Source: an uncultured Ferruginibacter sp. (lineage in GTDB: Bacteria > Bacteroidota > Bacteroidia > Chitinophagales > Chitinophagaceae). Taken from it: a stretch of 64,000 nucleotides of DNA. Positions 48,957-58,730 of the stretch are shown here, one piece after another. The translations under genes were made by a program, and so were the position numbers. The notes under the pieces were generated by a model, which saw nothing but the letters and a program-made list of their open reading frames with translations, made no database searches and had not been told where the DNA came from. Each line of letters begins with the position of its first letter. Position 1 is the first letter of the stretch. The stretch spans positions 29,822 through 93,821 of the forward strand of contig CAZYKA010000002.1 in NCBI GenBank assembly GCA_964647915.1, in the 5' to 3' direction.

Positions 48957-50561
48957 ATGTCTGTACAAGTTTTAACCAAAGCGCCAATGGGTGCTTTGCA
49001 CGAAATGGGCTTAGGAAAACACAAGCCGGTCCATTTTCAGTTACCCCCCGCTGAACTCACAGAACAAACACTTGCTCGCGGAGAAGGGACCCTAAGCGAA
49101 AAAGGCGCCCTGGTTATTTCAACCGGTAAATTCACAGGCAGGAGCCCCAAGGATAAGTTTACCGTTAAAGATGAAATTACGGCAGATACGGTTGATTGGA
49201 ATAAGGTAAACCTTCCCATTGAAGAAAAATTTTTCTTCCAGCTAAAAGAAAAATTAATTTCTTATTTAAGCGATAAAGAAATTTGGGTTAGGGATTGTTT
49301 TGCCTGTGCCGATATCCGATATCGGTTACACCTAAGGGTTATTAATGAAGATCCTTCCAGCAATTTATTTTGCTATAATATGTTTATCCGTCCTACTGAA
49401 CAGGATCTTGAAAATTTTCATCCCCATTGGCAAATCATACAGGCGCCCGGTTTTAAAGCAGATCCAACTATAGATGGCACAGTATCTGAAAACTTTGTGA
49501 TTGTAAGTTTTAAGCACAAAACCATCCTGATCGGTGGCACCGGTTACACCGGCGAAATGAAAAAGGGAATTTTTGGAATGTTGAATTATGTGCTGCCTCA
49601 AAAGGCCAATGTGTTGAGTATGCATTGTAGCGCCAACATGGGAAAGGATGGTGATACCGCCATCTTTTTCGGGTTAAGTGGCACGGGTAAAACAACCCTG
49701 AGTTCCGATCCAAACCGGAAGTTGATTGGGGATGATGAGCATGGATGGAATGATGAAACCGTTTTCAATTTTGAGGGAGGGTGCTATGCGAAAGCCATAG
49801 ATCTTAGTGAAGAAAAGGAACCTCAAATTTTTGCTGCTATCAGGCCAGGTGCTTTAATTGAAAATACCCGGTATTTTCCAGGAACAAACAAAATAGATTT
49901 CAGCGATAAAACCATTACTGAAAATACCAGGATCAGTTATCCCCTATCATTTATCAGTAATCATTTGGAACCTTCAATTGGTAAAACCCCAAAAAATATA
50001 TTCTTCCTTACCGCCGATGCATATGGAATATTGCCACCCATTAGCAGACTTACTCCTGAACAGGCGATGTATCAGTTTATCAGTGGATATACCGCCAAAG
50101 TTGCCGGGACGGAAGCTGGAATTAACGAACCAAAATCAACCTTTAGTGCATGTTTTGGGGCGCCATTCTTACCCCTTCATCCTGGAAAATATGCAGCAAT
50201 GCTGGGTAAAAAAATCAGGGAACATAAAGTGAATGTCTGGATGGTCAATACCGGATGGAGCGGGGGCCCTTATGGTATCGGGAAACGCATGAAGCTGGAT
50301 TATACCCGGGCCATGATTACGGCTGCACTGGAAGGTAAGTTAGATCACGTGGATTATGTGGCTCACCCTGTATTTGGGATGAAAATGCCGGTTAGTTGCC
50401 CTCATGTTCCAGAAAATGTGCTTAACCCGCGCAATACCTGGGAAAATGGAGAGGAGTATGATGCAAAAGCAAAAAAGTTGGCCTTAGAATTTATCGAAAA
50501 CTTTAAAAAGTTTGAAGCGGGTGTAGATGATGAAATTCGTGCAGCCGCACCCAAAATATAA
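48957..50561 (+). CDS. pckA: Phosphoenolpyruvate carboxykinase (ATP)
   Basis: TGRSPKDK, GEMKKG, GLSGTGKTT, IGDDEHGW, EGGCYAK; start after TACCTTTG box 48926-48933. Confidence 0.98.
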   Translation: MSVQVLTKAPMGALHEMGLGKHKPVHFQLPPAELTEQTLARGEGTLSEKGALVISTGKFTGRSPKDKFTVKDEITADTVDWNKVNLPIEEKFFFQLKEKLISYLSDKEIWVRDCFACADIRYRLHLRVINEDPSSNLFCYNMFIRPTEQDLENFHPHWQIIQAPGFKADPTIDGTVSENFVIVSFKHKTILIGGTGYTGEMKKGIFGMLNYVLPQKANVLSMHCSANMGKDGDTAIFFGLSGTGKTTLSSDPNRKLIGDDEHGWNDETVFNFEGGCYAKAIDLSEEKEPQIFAAIRPGALIENTRYFPGTNKIDFSDKTITENTRISYPLSFISNHLEPSIGKTPKNIFFLTADAYGILPPISRLTPEQAMYQFISGYTAKVAGTEAGINEPKSTFSACFGAPFLPLHPGKYAAMLGKKIREHKVNVWMVNTGWSGGPYGIGKRMKLDYTRAMITAALEGKLDHVDYVAHPVFGMKMPVSCPHVPENVLNPRNTWENGEEYDAKAKKLALEFIENFKKFEAGVDDEIRAAAPKI

Positions 50562-50582
50562 ATCAATGGTTTTAGCAAATAG

Positions 50583-50609
50583 AAAGCCCGGACAAACCCG
50601 GGCTTTTTT
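50583..50609. terminator. Intrinsic terminator after pckA (probably bidirectional)
   Basis: AAAGCCCGG-acaaac-CCGGGCTTTTTT. Confidence 0.88.
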
Positions 50610-50636
50610 AATTTGGAGCAATATTTTCATTTCATT

Positions 50637-51290
50637 CTAAAAAACCATTTGCGGGATTTGGCCTTCTACTTTAAGTTTACCAGCGGTTTTACTTTTTACT
50701 TCTTCTACGGTTACGCCGGGTGCCAATTCCCGTAATACAAATCCTTCCTGTGTAACGTCCAATAATGCCAGATCGGTTACAATTCTTTTAATGCATTTTA
50801 CCCCGGTAAGAGGGAGTTTACAATGGGGCAGCAATTTACTCTCCCCTTTGGGGTTAGTGTGCATCATAGCCACAATAATATTTTTGGCACTTGCTACCAA
50901 ATCCATTGCTCCTCCCATACCCTTCACCATTTTGCCCGGGATTTTCCAACTGGCTATATCACCAGTTTCACTTACTTCCATGGCGCCCAGTACCGTGAGG
51001 TCAACTTTACCGGAGCGGATCATTCCAAAACTCATTGCCGAATCGAAGAAGGCCGATCCGGGCACGGTGGTAACGGTTTGTTTGCCGGCATTAATCAGGT
51101 CGGGGTCTTCTGTCCCTTCAATTGGAAAAGGCCCCATCCCCAATAACCCATTTTCACTTTGCATAATCACATTCATTCCCGCGGGTATATAATTTGCCAC
51201 CAGGGTGGGGATACCAATACCCAGGTTCACATAAAACCCATCTCTAAGTTCCCTGGCAATGCGTTGTGCGATTTGTTCTTTTGTAAGCAT
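50637..51290 (-). CDS. scoB: 3-oxoacid CoA-transferase subunit B
   Basis: VNLGIGIPT, QSENG (catalytic Glu), GMGGAMDL. Confidence 0.95.
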   Translation of the reverse strand: MLTKEQIAQRIARELRDGFYVNLGIGIPTLVANYIPAGMNVIMQSENGLLGMGPFPIEGTEDPDLINAGKQTVTTVPGSAFFDSAMSFGMIRSGKVDLTVLGAMEVSETGDIASWKIPGKMVKGMGGAMDLVASAKNIIVAMMHTNPKGESKLLPHCKLPLTGVKCIKRIVTDLALLDVTQEGFVLRELAPGVTVEEVKSKTAGKLKVEGQIPQMVF

Positions 51291-51303
51291 GAAAAATCAA
51301 TTA

Positions 51304-52005
51304 TTATGCACCTGCTTTCCGCACAGTGCGCTGTTCAATTCTTTTTTCGTAGTTGGTTCCTTTAAAAATCCGGTGCACGTATATGCCGGGAGTATGAATT
51401 TCATTGGGGTTAAGGCTTCCGGCAGGGAGCAGTTCCTCTACCTCTGCGATTGTAATTTTACCCGCCATAGCCATCAGGGGATTAAAGTTGCGGGCGGTTT
51501 CTTTGTAAATAAGATTCCCCATAGTATCGCCCTTCCAGGCTTTTACCAACGCAAAATCCGAATCGAACGCCATTTCCAGCAGGTACTCCTTACCGTTAAA
51601 ATTTCTAATTTCTTTTCCTTCTGCCACCTCGGTTCCAACGCCGGCAGGGGTGAAGATGGCCGGAAACCCATAGCCCGAAGCCATGCAACGGGAAGCCAGG
51701 GTGCCTTGCGGAACCAGTTCCACTTCCATCTCGCCACTCAGGAGTTGCCGTTCAAATTCTGCATTTTCCCCCACATAGGAAGCGATCATTTTCTTCACTT
51801 GTTTTTTCACCAGCAGCAGACCGATACCAAAATCATCCACACCCGCATTATTTGAAATACAGGTGATATCTCTCACTCCTTTTTCAACCAGGGAGGCAAT
51901 ACAATTTTCGGGGATTCCACAAAGGCCAAACCCGCCAAGCATCAGCACATTACCATCTCTGATATCGTGCAATGCTTCATTTGCATTATTAAATACTTTA
52001 TTCAT
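51304..52005 (-). CDS. scoA: 3-oxoacid CoA-transferase subunit A
   Basis: GGFGLCGIPE, SNNAG, PQGTLA, ARNFNP. Confidence 0.95.
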   Translation of the reverse strand: MNKVFNNANEALHDIRDGNVLMLGGFGLCGIPENCIASLVEKGVRDITCISNNAGVDDFGIGLLLVKKQVKKMIASYVGENAEFERQLLSGEMEVELVPQGTLASRCMASGYGFPAIFTPAGVGTEVAEGKEIRNFNGKEYLLEMAFDSDFALVKAWKGDTMGNLIYKETARNFNPLMAMAGKITIAEVEELLPAGSLNPNEIHTPGIYVHRIFKGTNYEKRIEQRTVRKAGA

Positions 52006-52402
52006 TTGCTTGAATTCCTAATGGTTTTACAGTTCGCTTTCCGGTGCCCGGCAAAATCTTCTTTTCAAATTTATTCAACACCTCCTCCGGATGATGTGCC
52101 AACAAGCTATCGGCCAGGGGCGACAATATCTCTGGGTGGTTGAGATAATAGGAAAGACTTTTTTCAAATTGTTCCCGGCTAACGGAATACTTTTTAAAAA
52201 TAGTTTCCTGCATTTTTAAATTTTGTAAGGTGGCATCTTTCGAACTATCCCCCTTATAAAATTCGGAAGTGTACACATCAGCACGCATATAATCCCAAAA
52301 AACCGGTTCCATTTGGGAAGGTTTCAAAACCCCTTTTGGGATATTATCTTTCCCCGAGCAGGATAGCAGGGCTAAGATAAGCAATAAAGAGATGAGCCTC
52401 AT
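51998..52402 (-). CDS. DUF4296-like lipoprotein
   Basis: Lipobox LLSC; IP.GVL...M..V.WD...AD; F.KS..YY. Confidence 0.75.
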   Translation of the reverse strand: MRLISLLLILALLSCSGKDNIPKGVLKPSQMEPVFWDYMRADVYTSEFYKGDSSKDATLQNLKMQETIFKKYSVSREQFEKSLSYYLNHPEILSPLADSLLAHHPEEVLNKFEKKILPGTGKRTVKPLGIQANE

Positions 52403-53316
52403 TTTATTTCGTCGTTATACTTCTGGGCATTGGTTACATCCACACGGGGAAGTATTTCCTTTGCCCTCACTTTCAATGCCGGATCAGCCTTGCTTAGTAT
52501 CTGAATCATTTCGGTGGCCCTCCCCTGGAAGAAGAACTGATTAATCATGGTATTGGGGTTCTGCGAATTGAAATTATCCAACTGATTTAAAACATTCATC
52601 AATTCGCCCTGAGCAACTTTCGGTTTATCATAAAGTTTATCCATCACCATCCGGTAATAATTGTAATATATATCGTGGATTAATGCATACCGGCTGTTGG
52701 ACATATTTTCGACCAGCCAATACCTGTTACGAAGCCCATCGAATGCTTTCCATCCAGCCATTCCTCTACCATCTGGCGCATTGTTTACAATATTCTGTGC
52801 CTTTTGAAAATATGGAGCTCCCCCATTTGGTGCGAAGGAATCGCCATCAAAACCCAAGATCATATAAGCGTAATAAGCAAAAATGGCGGTAAGATTGGCC
52901 ACAGCGGCATCTGTGCCCCCTACCCTGTTCTCATTGAATTCCAGTTGTTGAAATTCGATGTACTTAAAATAAATATCATCATCCTTATAATTCATGATAG
53001 GAGAAAGGTAAGACGAATTGAAAACCGGCCTGGCTGCCTGGATGGTGAGGGAGCCTTTATAATAATTGGCATCATTGGCCAATTCAAGGTTCAGCAGAAA
53101 GTTGCACTCAATCCGTTCTTTGGGGGCGTACACATCAGAGGTCCATTTACGTGTATTAATAAAATTGTTCAATGCCGTTTGAAGTGTGCGGAATGTACTT
53201 TGACTTACAGTGGTACCTACGCGTTTACTCACAACCGTTACTTTTGCATCAAACTCCTGAGCCTGACCAATTACGGTAAAAGACATTAAAACAAGCGCCA
53301 CATATACTTTACGCAT
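52399..53316 (-). CDS. DUF4835 family protein (T9SS-associated PorD-like)
   Basis: Signal peptide; FINTRKWT, IQAARPVFNS, FDGDSF...GG, NRYWL; conserved position after coaBC. Confidence 0.85.
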   Translation of the reverse strand: MRKVYVALVLMSFTVIGQAQEFDAKVTVVSKRVGTTVSQSTFRTLQTALNNFINTRKWTSDVYAPKERIECNFLLNLELANDANYYKGSLTIQAARPVFNSSYLSPIMNYKDDDIYFKYIEFQQLEFNENRVGGTDAAVANLTAIFAYYAYMILGFDGDSFAPNGGAPYFQKAQNIVNNAPDGRGMAGWKAFDGLRNRYWLVENMSNSRYALIHDIYYNYYRMVMDKLYDKPKVAQGELMNVLNQLDNFNSQNPNTMINQFFFQGRATEMIQILSKADPALKVRAKEILPRVDVTNAQKYNDEIK

Positions 53317-54505
53317 CGGAAAATTTTAAAATGGTATTGAGAATATCGTTGGCTACCTCCTTTTTGGGGCGCTTCTCAAAGCGGGTTACACCGCCTTTCC
53401 TATCAAAAATAGTTATTTTATTAGTGTTATAGCCGAAACCAGCCCCTTCCTCCTGAAGGGAGTTTAGTACCAACAAATCGGCCCTTTTATCCTTTAACTT
53501 TTTCAGGGCATTTTGTTCTTCATTGTGGGTTTCGAGTGCGAAACCAACCAACAGCTGGTTTTCCAATTTTTTTTCGCCCAGAGATTTTAGGATATCGCGG
53601 GTTGGGGTAAGCAATATCTGAGGAATCCCATTCTCCTTTTTAATTTTTTCAAAAGCAGGATCTGCAATGCTGTAATCGGCAACAGCCGCACACAACACGG
53701 CGATATCAGCTTTTTCAAAAGCGGTTAAAGCGGCTTCGTACATTTCACGGGCAGATTCTACTTTGATGGTGCTGATCCCTCCAGGAACGGGCTGGGAAGA
53801 AGGCCCCAATATCAGTTGCACCCTGGCACCCCGTTCCAAAAAAGCGGAGGCAAGGGCAATACCCATTTTACCACTACTTCGGTTTCCAATAAACCGAACC
53901 GGATCAATTTTCTCGTAAGTAGGGCCAGCCGTAATTAAAACTGTTTTACCGGAAAAATCATTTTTTTTTTCAAACCAGGTAGTCAGCCATTCAACAATTT
54001 CCTCCGGTTCTGCCATCCGTCCCGGGCCAAAAAGACCACTGGCGAGTTCCCCTTCATTAACTGAAATGATATTATTTCCAAAAGATAAAATAAGTTGTAG
54101 GTTAATTTTTGTAGAAGGATGCTTCCACATGTCTTCATCCATGGCAGGTACTACCACAACAGGGCAGGTTGCAGAAAGATAAACGGCCTGGAGTAGATTA
54201 TCACAAATCCCATGCGCCATTTTTGCGAGGGTATTACAACTTAAGGGTGCTACAACCATAACATCGGCCCAGCGCCCCAGCATCACGTGGTTCGCCCAGG
54301 TATCATCATCTGAAGAGATCCGGGTTAACACTTCGTTCCGTGAAAGGGTGGATAAGGTTAGGGGGCCAATGAAACCGGTTGCCGCATCGGTCATAATCAC
54401 TTTTACCTCCGCCCCTGCCCTCACCAGTAAACGCACCAGATAGGCCGATTTGTAAGCTGCAATGCTGCCGGTAATCCCTAATAATACTTTCTTTCCTTTT
54501 AACAT
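53309..54505 (-). CDS. coaBC: Phosphopantothenoylcysteine decarboxylase/ligase
   Basis: TGSIAAYK, PAMD, GRMAEPE, TAGPT.E.IDPVRFIGN.SSGKMG, VGFALET. Confidence 0.98.
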   Translation of the reverse strand: MLKGKKVLLGITGSIAAYKSAYLVRLLVRAGAEVKVIMTDAATGFIGPLTLSTLSRNEVLTRISSDDDTWANHVMLGRWADVMVVAPLSCNTLAKMAHGICDNLLQAVYLSATCPVVVVPAMDEDMWKHPSTKINLQLILSFGNNIISVNEGELASGLFGPGRMAEPEEIVEWLTTWFEKKNDFSGKTVLITAGPTYEKIDPVRFIGNRSSGKMGIALASAFLERGARVQLILGPSSQPVPGGISTIKVESAREMYEAALTAFEKADIAVLCAAVADYSIADPAFEKIKKENGIPQILLTPTRDILKSLGEKKLENQLLVGFALETHNEEQNALKKLKDKRADLLVLNSLQEEGAGFGYNTNKITIFDRKGGVTRFEKRPKKEVANDILNTILKFSDA

Positions 54506-54529
54506 AAAAATCCCGCCAAATAGCGGGAT
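54506..54529 (-). terminator. Terminator-like hairpin between rpoZ and coaBC
   Basis: ATCCCGC/GCGGGAT stem followed by TTTT immediately before the coaBC ATG. Confidence 0.5.
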
Positions 54530-54567
54530 AAAAATATGATTTCTATTTTAAAAGAAGTGGTAAACCC

Positions 54568-54909
54568 TTAACTGAATAAGTCCTCGTCGTTCTGACGGAA
54601 ATAGACTTTGCCCTCCAAAAATTCGGTGGTAGCTAAAAGCGCCGGATTAGGCATACGCTCATAAGCCCTTGAAATTTCAATTTGTTCTTTGTTTTCGTGA
54701 ATTTCTTCGAGACTGTCGGTATGGCTGGCAAATTCTTCCAGTTTACTATGCAATTCTTCCTTAATGGAAATATTAATCTGGTTGGCACGCTTTGCAATAA
54801 TAGCAATAGACTCGTACAAATTGCCGGTCATATCTTTAAGGTCGTTTAACTTTTTCGGTTCAACAACACTGCTGGTATTAGCGCTTAACTGACGACGAAG
54901 CTTGCTCAT
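54568..54909 (-). CDS. rpoZ: RNA polymerase omega subunit (Bacteroidota type)
   Basis: TGNLYESIAIIAKRANQI, EN.EQIEISR.YE; between bamD and coaBC. Confidence 0.9.
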   Translation of the reverse strand: MSKLRRQLSANTSSVVEPKKLNDLKDMTGNLYESIAIIAKRANQINISIKEELHSKLEEFASHTDSLEEIHENKEQIEISRAYERMPNPALLATTEFLEGKVYFRQNDEDLFS

Positions 54910-55705
54910 CTTGTATTTCTTTTATTTTATTTTGACTCAATTTTTTGAAACTCTCTGCCTCCTTAAGCAAGGGGCTTTCGGGAAACCGATCGGCAAAATC
55001 ATCAAATTCTGTTACCACAGTTTCATACCGCTCTGCCTGCTTTTCCCGGATACTCATTTGTGCAAATTTATAATACGACTTTAGCGACAACAATTTATAC
55101 TCATCGGCTTTTGCCGATTCGGGATAACTATTGAGCAGGGTACCAAAAGCGATGGCAGCAGCCCGATACTGCCCCAGATTATAATACAAATGGGCACCCC
55201 GATATTCCTTTTGCTCCAGTTTTGCCCGGCAAAGATCGATTATTGCGGATGCTTCTTTTATCCTTTCGGAACCCGGATGGGTGTTAATAAAAGTTTGCAT
55301 CATATTCATGGCTCTTACCGTATTAGCCTGATCGAGTTCAATCTTTGGCGATTCCTTGTAGAAGCTAAGTGCCTTCATATAATCCACTTCCTCTGCCCGG
55401 CTGCTGTTTGGGAATACTTCGAGGTATCCCTTGAACAGGTTTTGGGCATCCTGATAGGATTTCTGATAATAGAAACAATAGGCGTATTTATAGTAAAGAT
55501 CTTCAAACTTTTGGGTGCCTTTAAAAACCGGAAACAAACTTTCATATAAAGGCTGGGCGAACTTATATTTCTTTTTTGCATAAAACTCATCCGCTTTCGA
55601 AAGCATATAATCGTAGTCCTTACTTTTCTGGATCTTATTTACCGGATTACAGGAAATAAAGAACAGTAGGCAACCAAAAATCAGAAACGGCCGGAAGATT
55701 CGCAT
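54878..55705 (-). CDS. bamD: Outer membrane protein assembly factor BamD
   Basis: Start moved to MRIFRPF...FISC (lipobox) after a TAATTTTG box; TPR-like repeats, ELDQ.NT. Confidence 0.93.
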   Translation of the reverse strand: MRIFRPFLIFGCLLFFISCNPVNKIQKSKDYDYMLSKADEFYAKKKYKFAQPLYESLFPVFKGTQKFEDLYYKYAYCFYYQKSYQDAQNLFKGYLEVFPNSSRAEEVDYMKALSFYKESPKIELDQANTVRAMNMMQTFINTHPGSERIKEASAIIDLCRAKLEQKEYRGAHLYYNLGQYRAAAIAFGTLLNSYPESAKADEYKLLSLKSYYKFAQMSIREKQAERYETVVTEFDDFADRFPESPLLKEAESFKKLSQNKIKEIQDEQASSSVKR

Positions 55706-55790
55706 AAAGAGGGGCAAAATTACGGTAATTTTTCCAAAAATGCCGGATAAAAAGATAGGATCCAAAAACTGGCTGTTAACGATTCTATAA

Positions 55791-55820
55791 ACAAGAACCC
55801 TCCCAAAAATGGGAGGGTTC
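55791..55820 (-). terminator. Intrinsic terminator after ompA-like gene
   Basis: 11-bp stem GAACCCTCCCA/TGGGAGGGTTC with U-rich tail. Confidence 0.85.
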
Positions 55821-55853
55821 ATCATTGAGCAAAAAGTGGAATTAAAACTTATT

Positions 55854-57518
55854 TTAGTTTGACTTAATGTCAACCGTATTCTTTTCACCACCACCTACGG
55901 TACAATCGGTAGTAATGCGATCGGAACTGATACCTTCCCTTTCGGTGAGGTACAATTTGATGGCATCTACTCTTTTCTGGCAAAGGGCCTGAGAAGCTTT
56001 AGAAGTTTCAGGGTAGCCGGAAACTGTGATGTTACAATCGGGGTTTGCTTTCATTTTAGCAGCTACGGTAGCCAGCATAGCACGGGCATCCTTACTAAGA
56101 GCCGAAGTATTTCCTTTGAAGCTAAGACTTGGATAGTCAGTAGGGCAGGTTTTAACCGGTGCAGCCTGAATATTTTTGCAGCATTCAGGATCAGGGCAAT
56201 GACCTACACCATCCGCATCAACAGGCTGACATTCAGTAGGAGTAATCAATTGTTTGTCTTTGCAGTCAGGAACACCATCGCCATCGGTATCTTTCATCAC
56301 ACCATGGGTATCTACCGGGCAACCTGCCGGTGTATTGGGTTCACGATCCAATTCATCAATAACACCATCGCCATCAGAATCAATAAACTGTGGTTTGGGG
56401 AATTTCATGTGGCGGGGAACATTAAGTTCGCTGTAGGCATAATCCAATGGGTTAACCCACCAAAGAGGCTCAACAGCTTTTGCACCAATATTGAAATTCA
56501 AGCCAATGGAAAGATAGTTGTAGGAATCGAAATCGCCGGTGGTAGAAGCATCACCATAAGCGTGTTCCGACCATTGTTGTCCATCCAAAAGGTCGTCCTT
56601 AATGAAGGTATGGCGGTCTTCAATAGCGAGGTTAATACGTTTACCCAATTTGAAGGCAACCCCGGCAAGAACGGTTCCGGAAGGTTTCAGTGTGTTGCTG
56701 CCGATAGTTGGACGGCGTTCACCAGAGGTTTGAGCAGGAGTTTCGTAAGAATCGTCCATAGCGTCTTTTAAGGCTTTACGAACGTCTTTACGGTCTTTAT
56801 AAACTGTTCCGTATTGGTTATAAATATTACGGAATTCGGCAGCATAATTGTTGCCATTATCATTCAGCGCATTCACCTTGGTATTATAGATTGTAGCTCC
56901 GATACCAGCACCGCCATAAACAACAAAACCCGTTTTGTTTTTGTGGAAACGCACATTATTGAGGGTTACAATACCCTGAAGGCTAAGATCCTGAACGTGC
57001 GCTTTATAATTATAATACACAATATCCGGAGCATTTCCGAAAGCAGAACCTACTATACCATTATAATATACAATTGGGCCTGCGGAAGACCGAAGAGGAG
57101 CATAGTACCCTTTCCAGGCAGGATTTTTTCCAAAATTTTCGGAAGCAAGCCAACTTTGGCCTCTTCCCACCCCATTCATATATTCCATACGCAAAGAAAA
57201 AACATACCCGAGGGCCTTGCGAACATGTACTGCCCATCCCAGGGTTGGGAAAACAATAGGTACATCTCCACTAATTGATAATGCACCTGCAGAAACACCT
57301 ACTTCCCACATATTACGTGGTTTAGCCGGATAGTTATACGTGTTATTCCAAAACTCGTTGTACTGAGGGAGTCTTTTTTTGGGAACAACAGAGGAGTCTT
57401 TGGTATCGTACCCGCTTCCATTATAAATGGATGAGTGGGTATCGTTTTGGGCATATACCAGTCCGGTAAGCAGGGTACATAATCCCAAACAAAGTAGTTT
57501 TAACTTTTTGCTTGTCAT
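55854..57518 (-). CDS. OmpA-family outer membrane protein with TSP3-like Ca-binding repeats
   Basis: Signal peptide, beta-barrel-like N region, DSDGDGV/DTDGDGV repeats, OmpA-like C domain; TACATTTG box at 57563-57570. Confidence 0.88.
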   Translation of the reverse strand: MTSKKLKLLCLGLCTLLTGLVYAQNDTHSSIYNGSGYDTKDSSVVPKKRLPQYNEFWNNTYNYPAKPRNMWEVGVSAGALSISGDVPIVFPTLGWAVHVRKALGYVFSLRMEYMNGVGRGQSWLASENFGKNPAWKGYYAPLRSSAGPIVYYNGIVGSAFGNAPDIVYYNYKAHVQDLSLQGIVTLNNVRFHKNKTGFVVYGGAGIGATIYNTKVNALNDNGNNYAAEFRNIYNQYGTVYKDRKDVRKALKDAMDDSYETPAQTSGERRPTIGSNTLKPSGTVLAGVAFKLGKRINLAIEDRHTFIKDDLLDGQQWSEHAYGDASTTGDFDSYNYLSIGLNFNIGAKAVEPLWWVNPLDYAYSELNVPRHMKFPKPQFIDSDGDGVIDELDREPNTPAGCPVDTHGVMKDTDGDGVPDCKDKQLITPTECQPVDADGVGHCPDPECCKNIQAAPVKTCPTDYPSLSFKGNTSALSKDARAMLATVAAKMKANPDCNITVSGYPETSKASQALCQKRVDAIKLYLTEREGISSDRITTDCTVGGGEKNTVDIKSN

Positions 57519-57764
57519 AACTAAATGATTGATAGATTCTAAATATACGAGTTGATTAGATGCAAATGTATTGAATGGAAGCCAATAACCAAATTTTTTT
57601 ACTTTTATTTAAGAGGAAAAACCTTCATATCTCCTTGAAATTATGTATAATACCTACCCTTTTGGAGTATTAATATCCCCTTTTGGGAGTATTTTTCAAA
57701 AACCTCCAGCTTTTCCAAAATAATTTGATTAGGCTGTTTGCTTGCGTAAATTGCTGCATCATAA

Positions 57765-58727
57765 ATGAGAAATGTAAAAAAAATCATCGGCAGCGAATTA
57801 GAAACATTCGAAACCAAGTTTGCCGATGCAGTGAAGAGTAATACCCCCATGCTCGATCGGATTATGAAATACCTGATCCGGCAAAAGGGGAAAAAGCTGA
57901 GGCCGATGTTTGTTTTCCTGAGTGCCAAACTAACCGGTACGGTAAATGAAAGCACTTACCGGGCTGCTGCCCTGGTGGAACTTTTGCATACAGCCACCCT
58001 GGTTCACGACGATGTAGTGGACGACTCGATGGAGCGAAGGGGTTTTTTTTCAATTAATGCGCTATGGAAGAATAAAATAGCGGTTCTGGTGGGGGATTAT
58101 CTCCTTTCGAAAGGATTGCTTTTATCTACTTCACACAATGATTTTCAACACCTTCATATTTTATCAGAAGCTGTTAAGCAAATGAGCGAGGGCGAATTGC
58201 TTCAAATTGAAAAAGCCAGGAACCTAAACCTTCGGGAGGAGATATATTTTGAAATCATCCGCAACAAAACTGCCTCCCTATTATCTTCAGCCTGTGCGGT
58301 GGGGGCTTATTCTGCTACGGGCAATACAGAAGCCTCTGAGAAAATGAAAAAATTCGGAGAACTCGTGGGAATTGCCTTTCAAATTAAGGACGATCTGTTT
58401 GATTATGGAACGGCAGATGTAGGAAAACCAACCGGAAATGACATAAAAGAAAAAAAACTTACCCTCCCCATAATTTATACCCTTAATCAGGTTGAAAAAA
58501 CACTAAAACGCCGGTTAATATACATCCTCAAAAATGAAAATCGGAGAAGGGAGAGCGTCAACTTTGTAATTGAAACCGTAACCGCTTCCGGTGGAATGGC
58601 GTATGCAGAAAAAAAAATGATTGAATACCGGGATGCTGCATTGGAAATCCTTCATTCCTTTCCTCCTTCCGAAGTAAGGGACGCATTTGAAGAGCTGGTA
58701 CGATTCACAACTGATCGAAAATATTAG
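57765..58727 (+). CDS. ispB: Polyprenyl (octaprenyl-type) diphosphate synthase
   Basis: GKKLRP, HDDVVD (FARM), RRG, KTA, FQIKDDLFD (SARM). Confidence 0.92.
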   Translation: MRNVKKIIGSELETFETKFADAVKSNTPMLDRIMKYLIRQKGKKLRPMFVFLSAKLTGTVNESTYRAAALVELLHTATLVHDDVVDDSMERRGFFSINALWKNKIAVLVGDYLLSKGLLLSTSHNDFQHLHILSEAVKQMSEGELLQIEKARNLNLREEIYFEIIRNKTASLLSSACAVGAYSATGNTEASEKMKKFGELVGIAFQIKDDLFDYGTADVGKPTGNDIKEKKLTLPIIYTLNQVEKTLKRRLIYILKNENRRRESVNFVIETVTASGGMAYAEKKMIEYRDAALEILHSFPPSEVRDAFEELVRFTTDRKY

Positions 58728-58730
58728 ACC

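Noticed and set aside
55706..55894. ORF-track N-terminal extension of bamD overlapping ompA-like gene
   Set aside because: It spans a terminator and a -7 promoter box; the lipoprotein signal starts at 55705.
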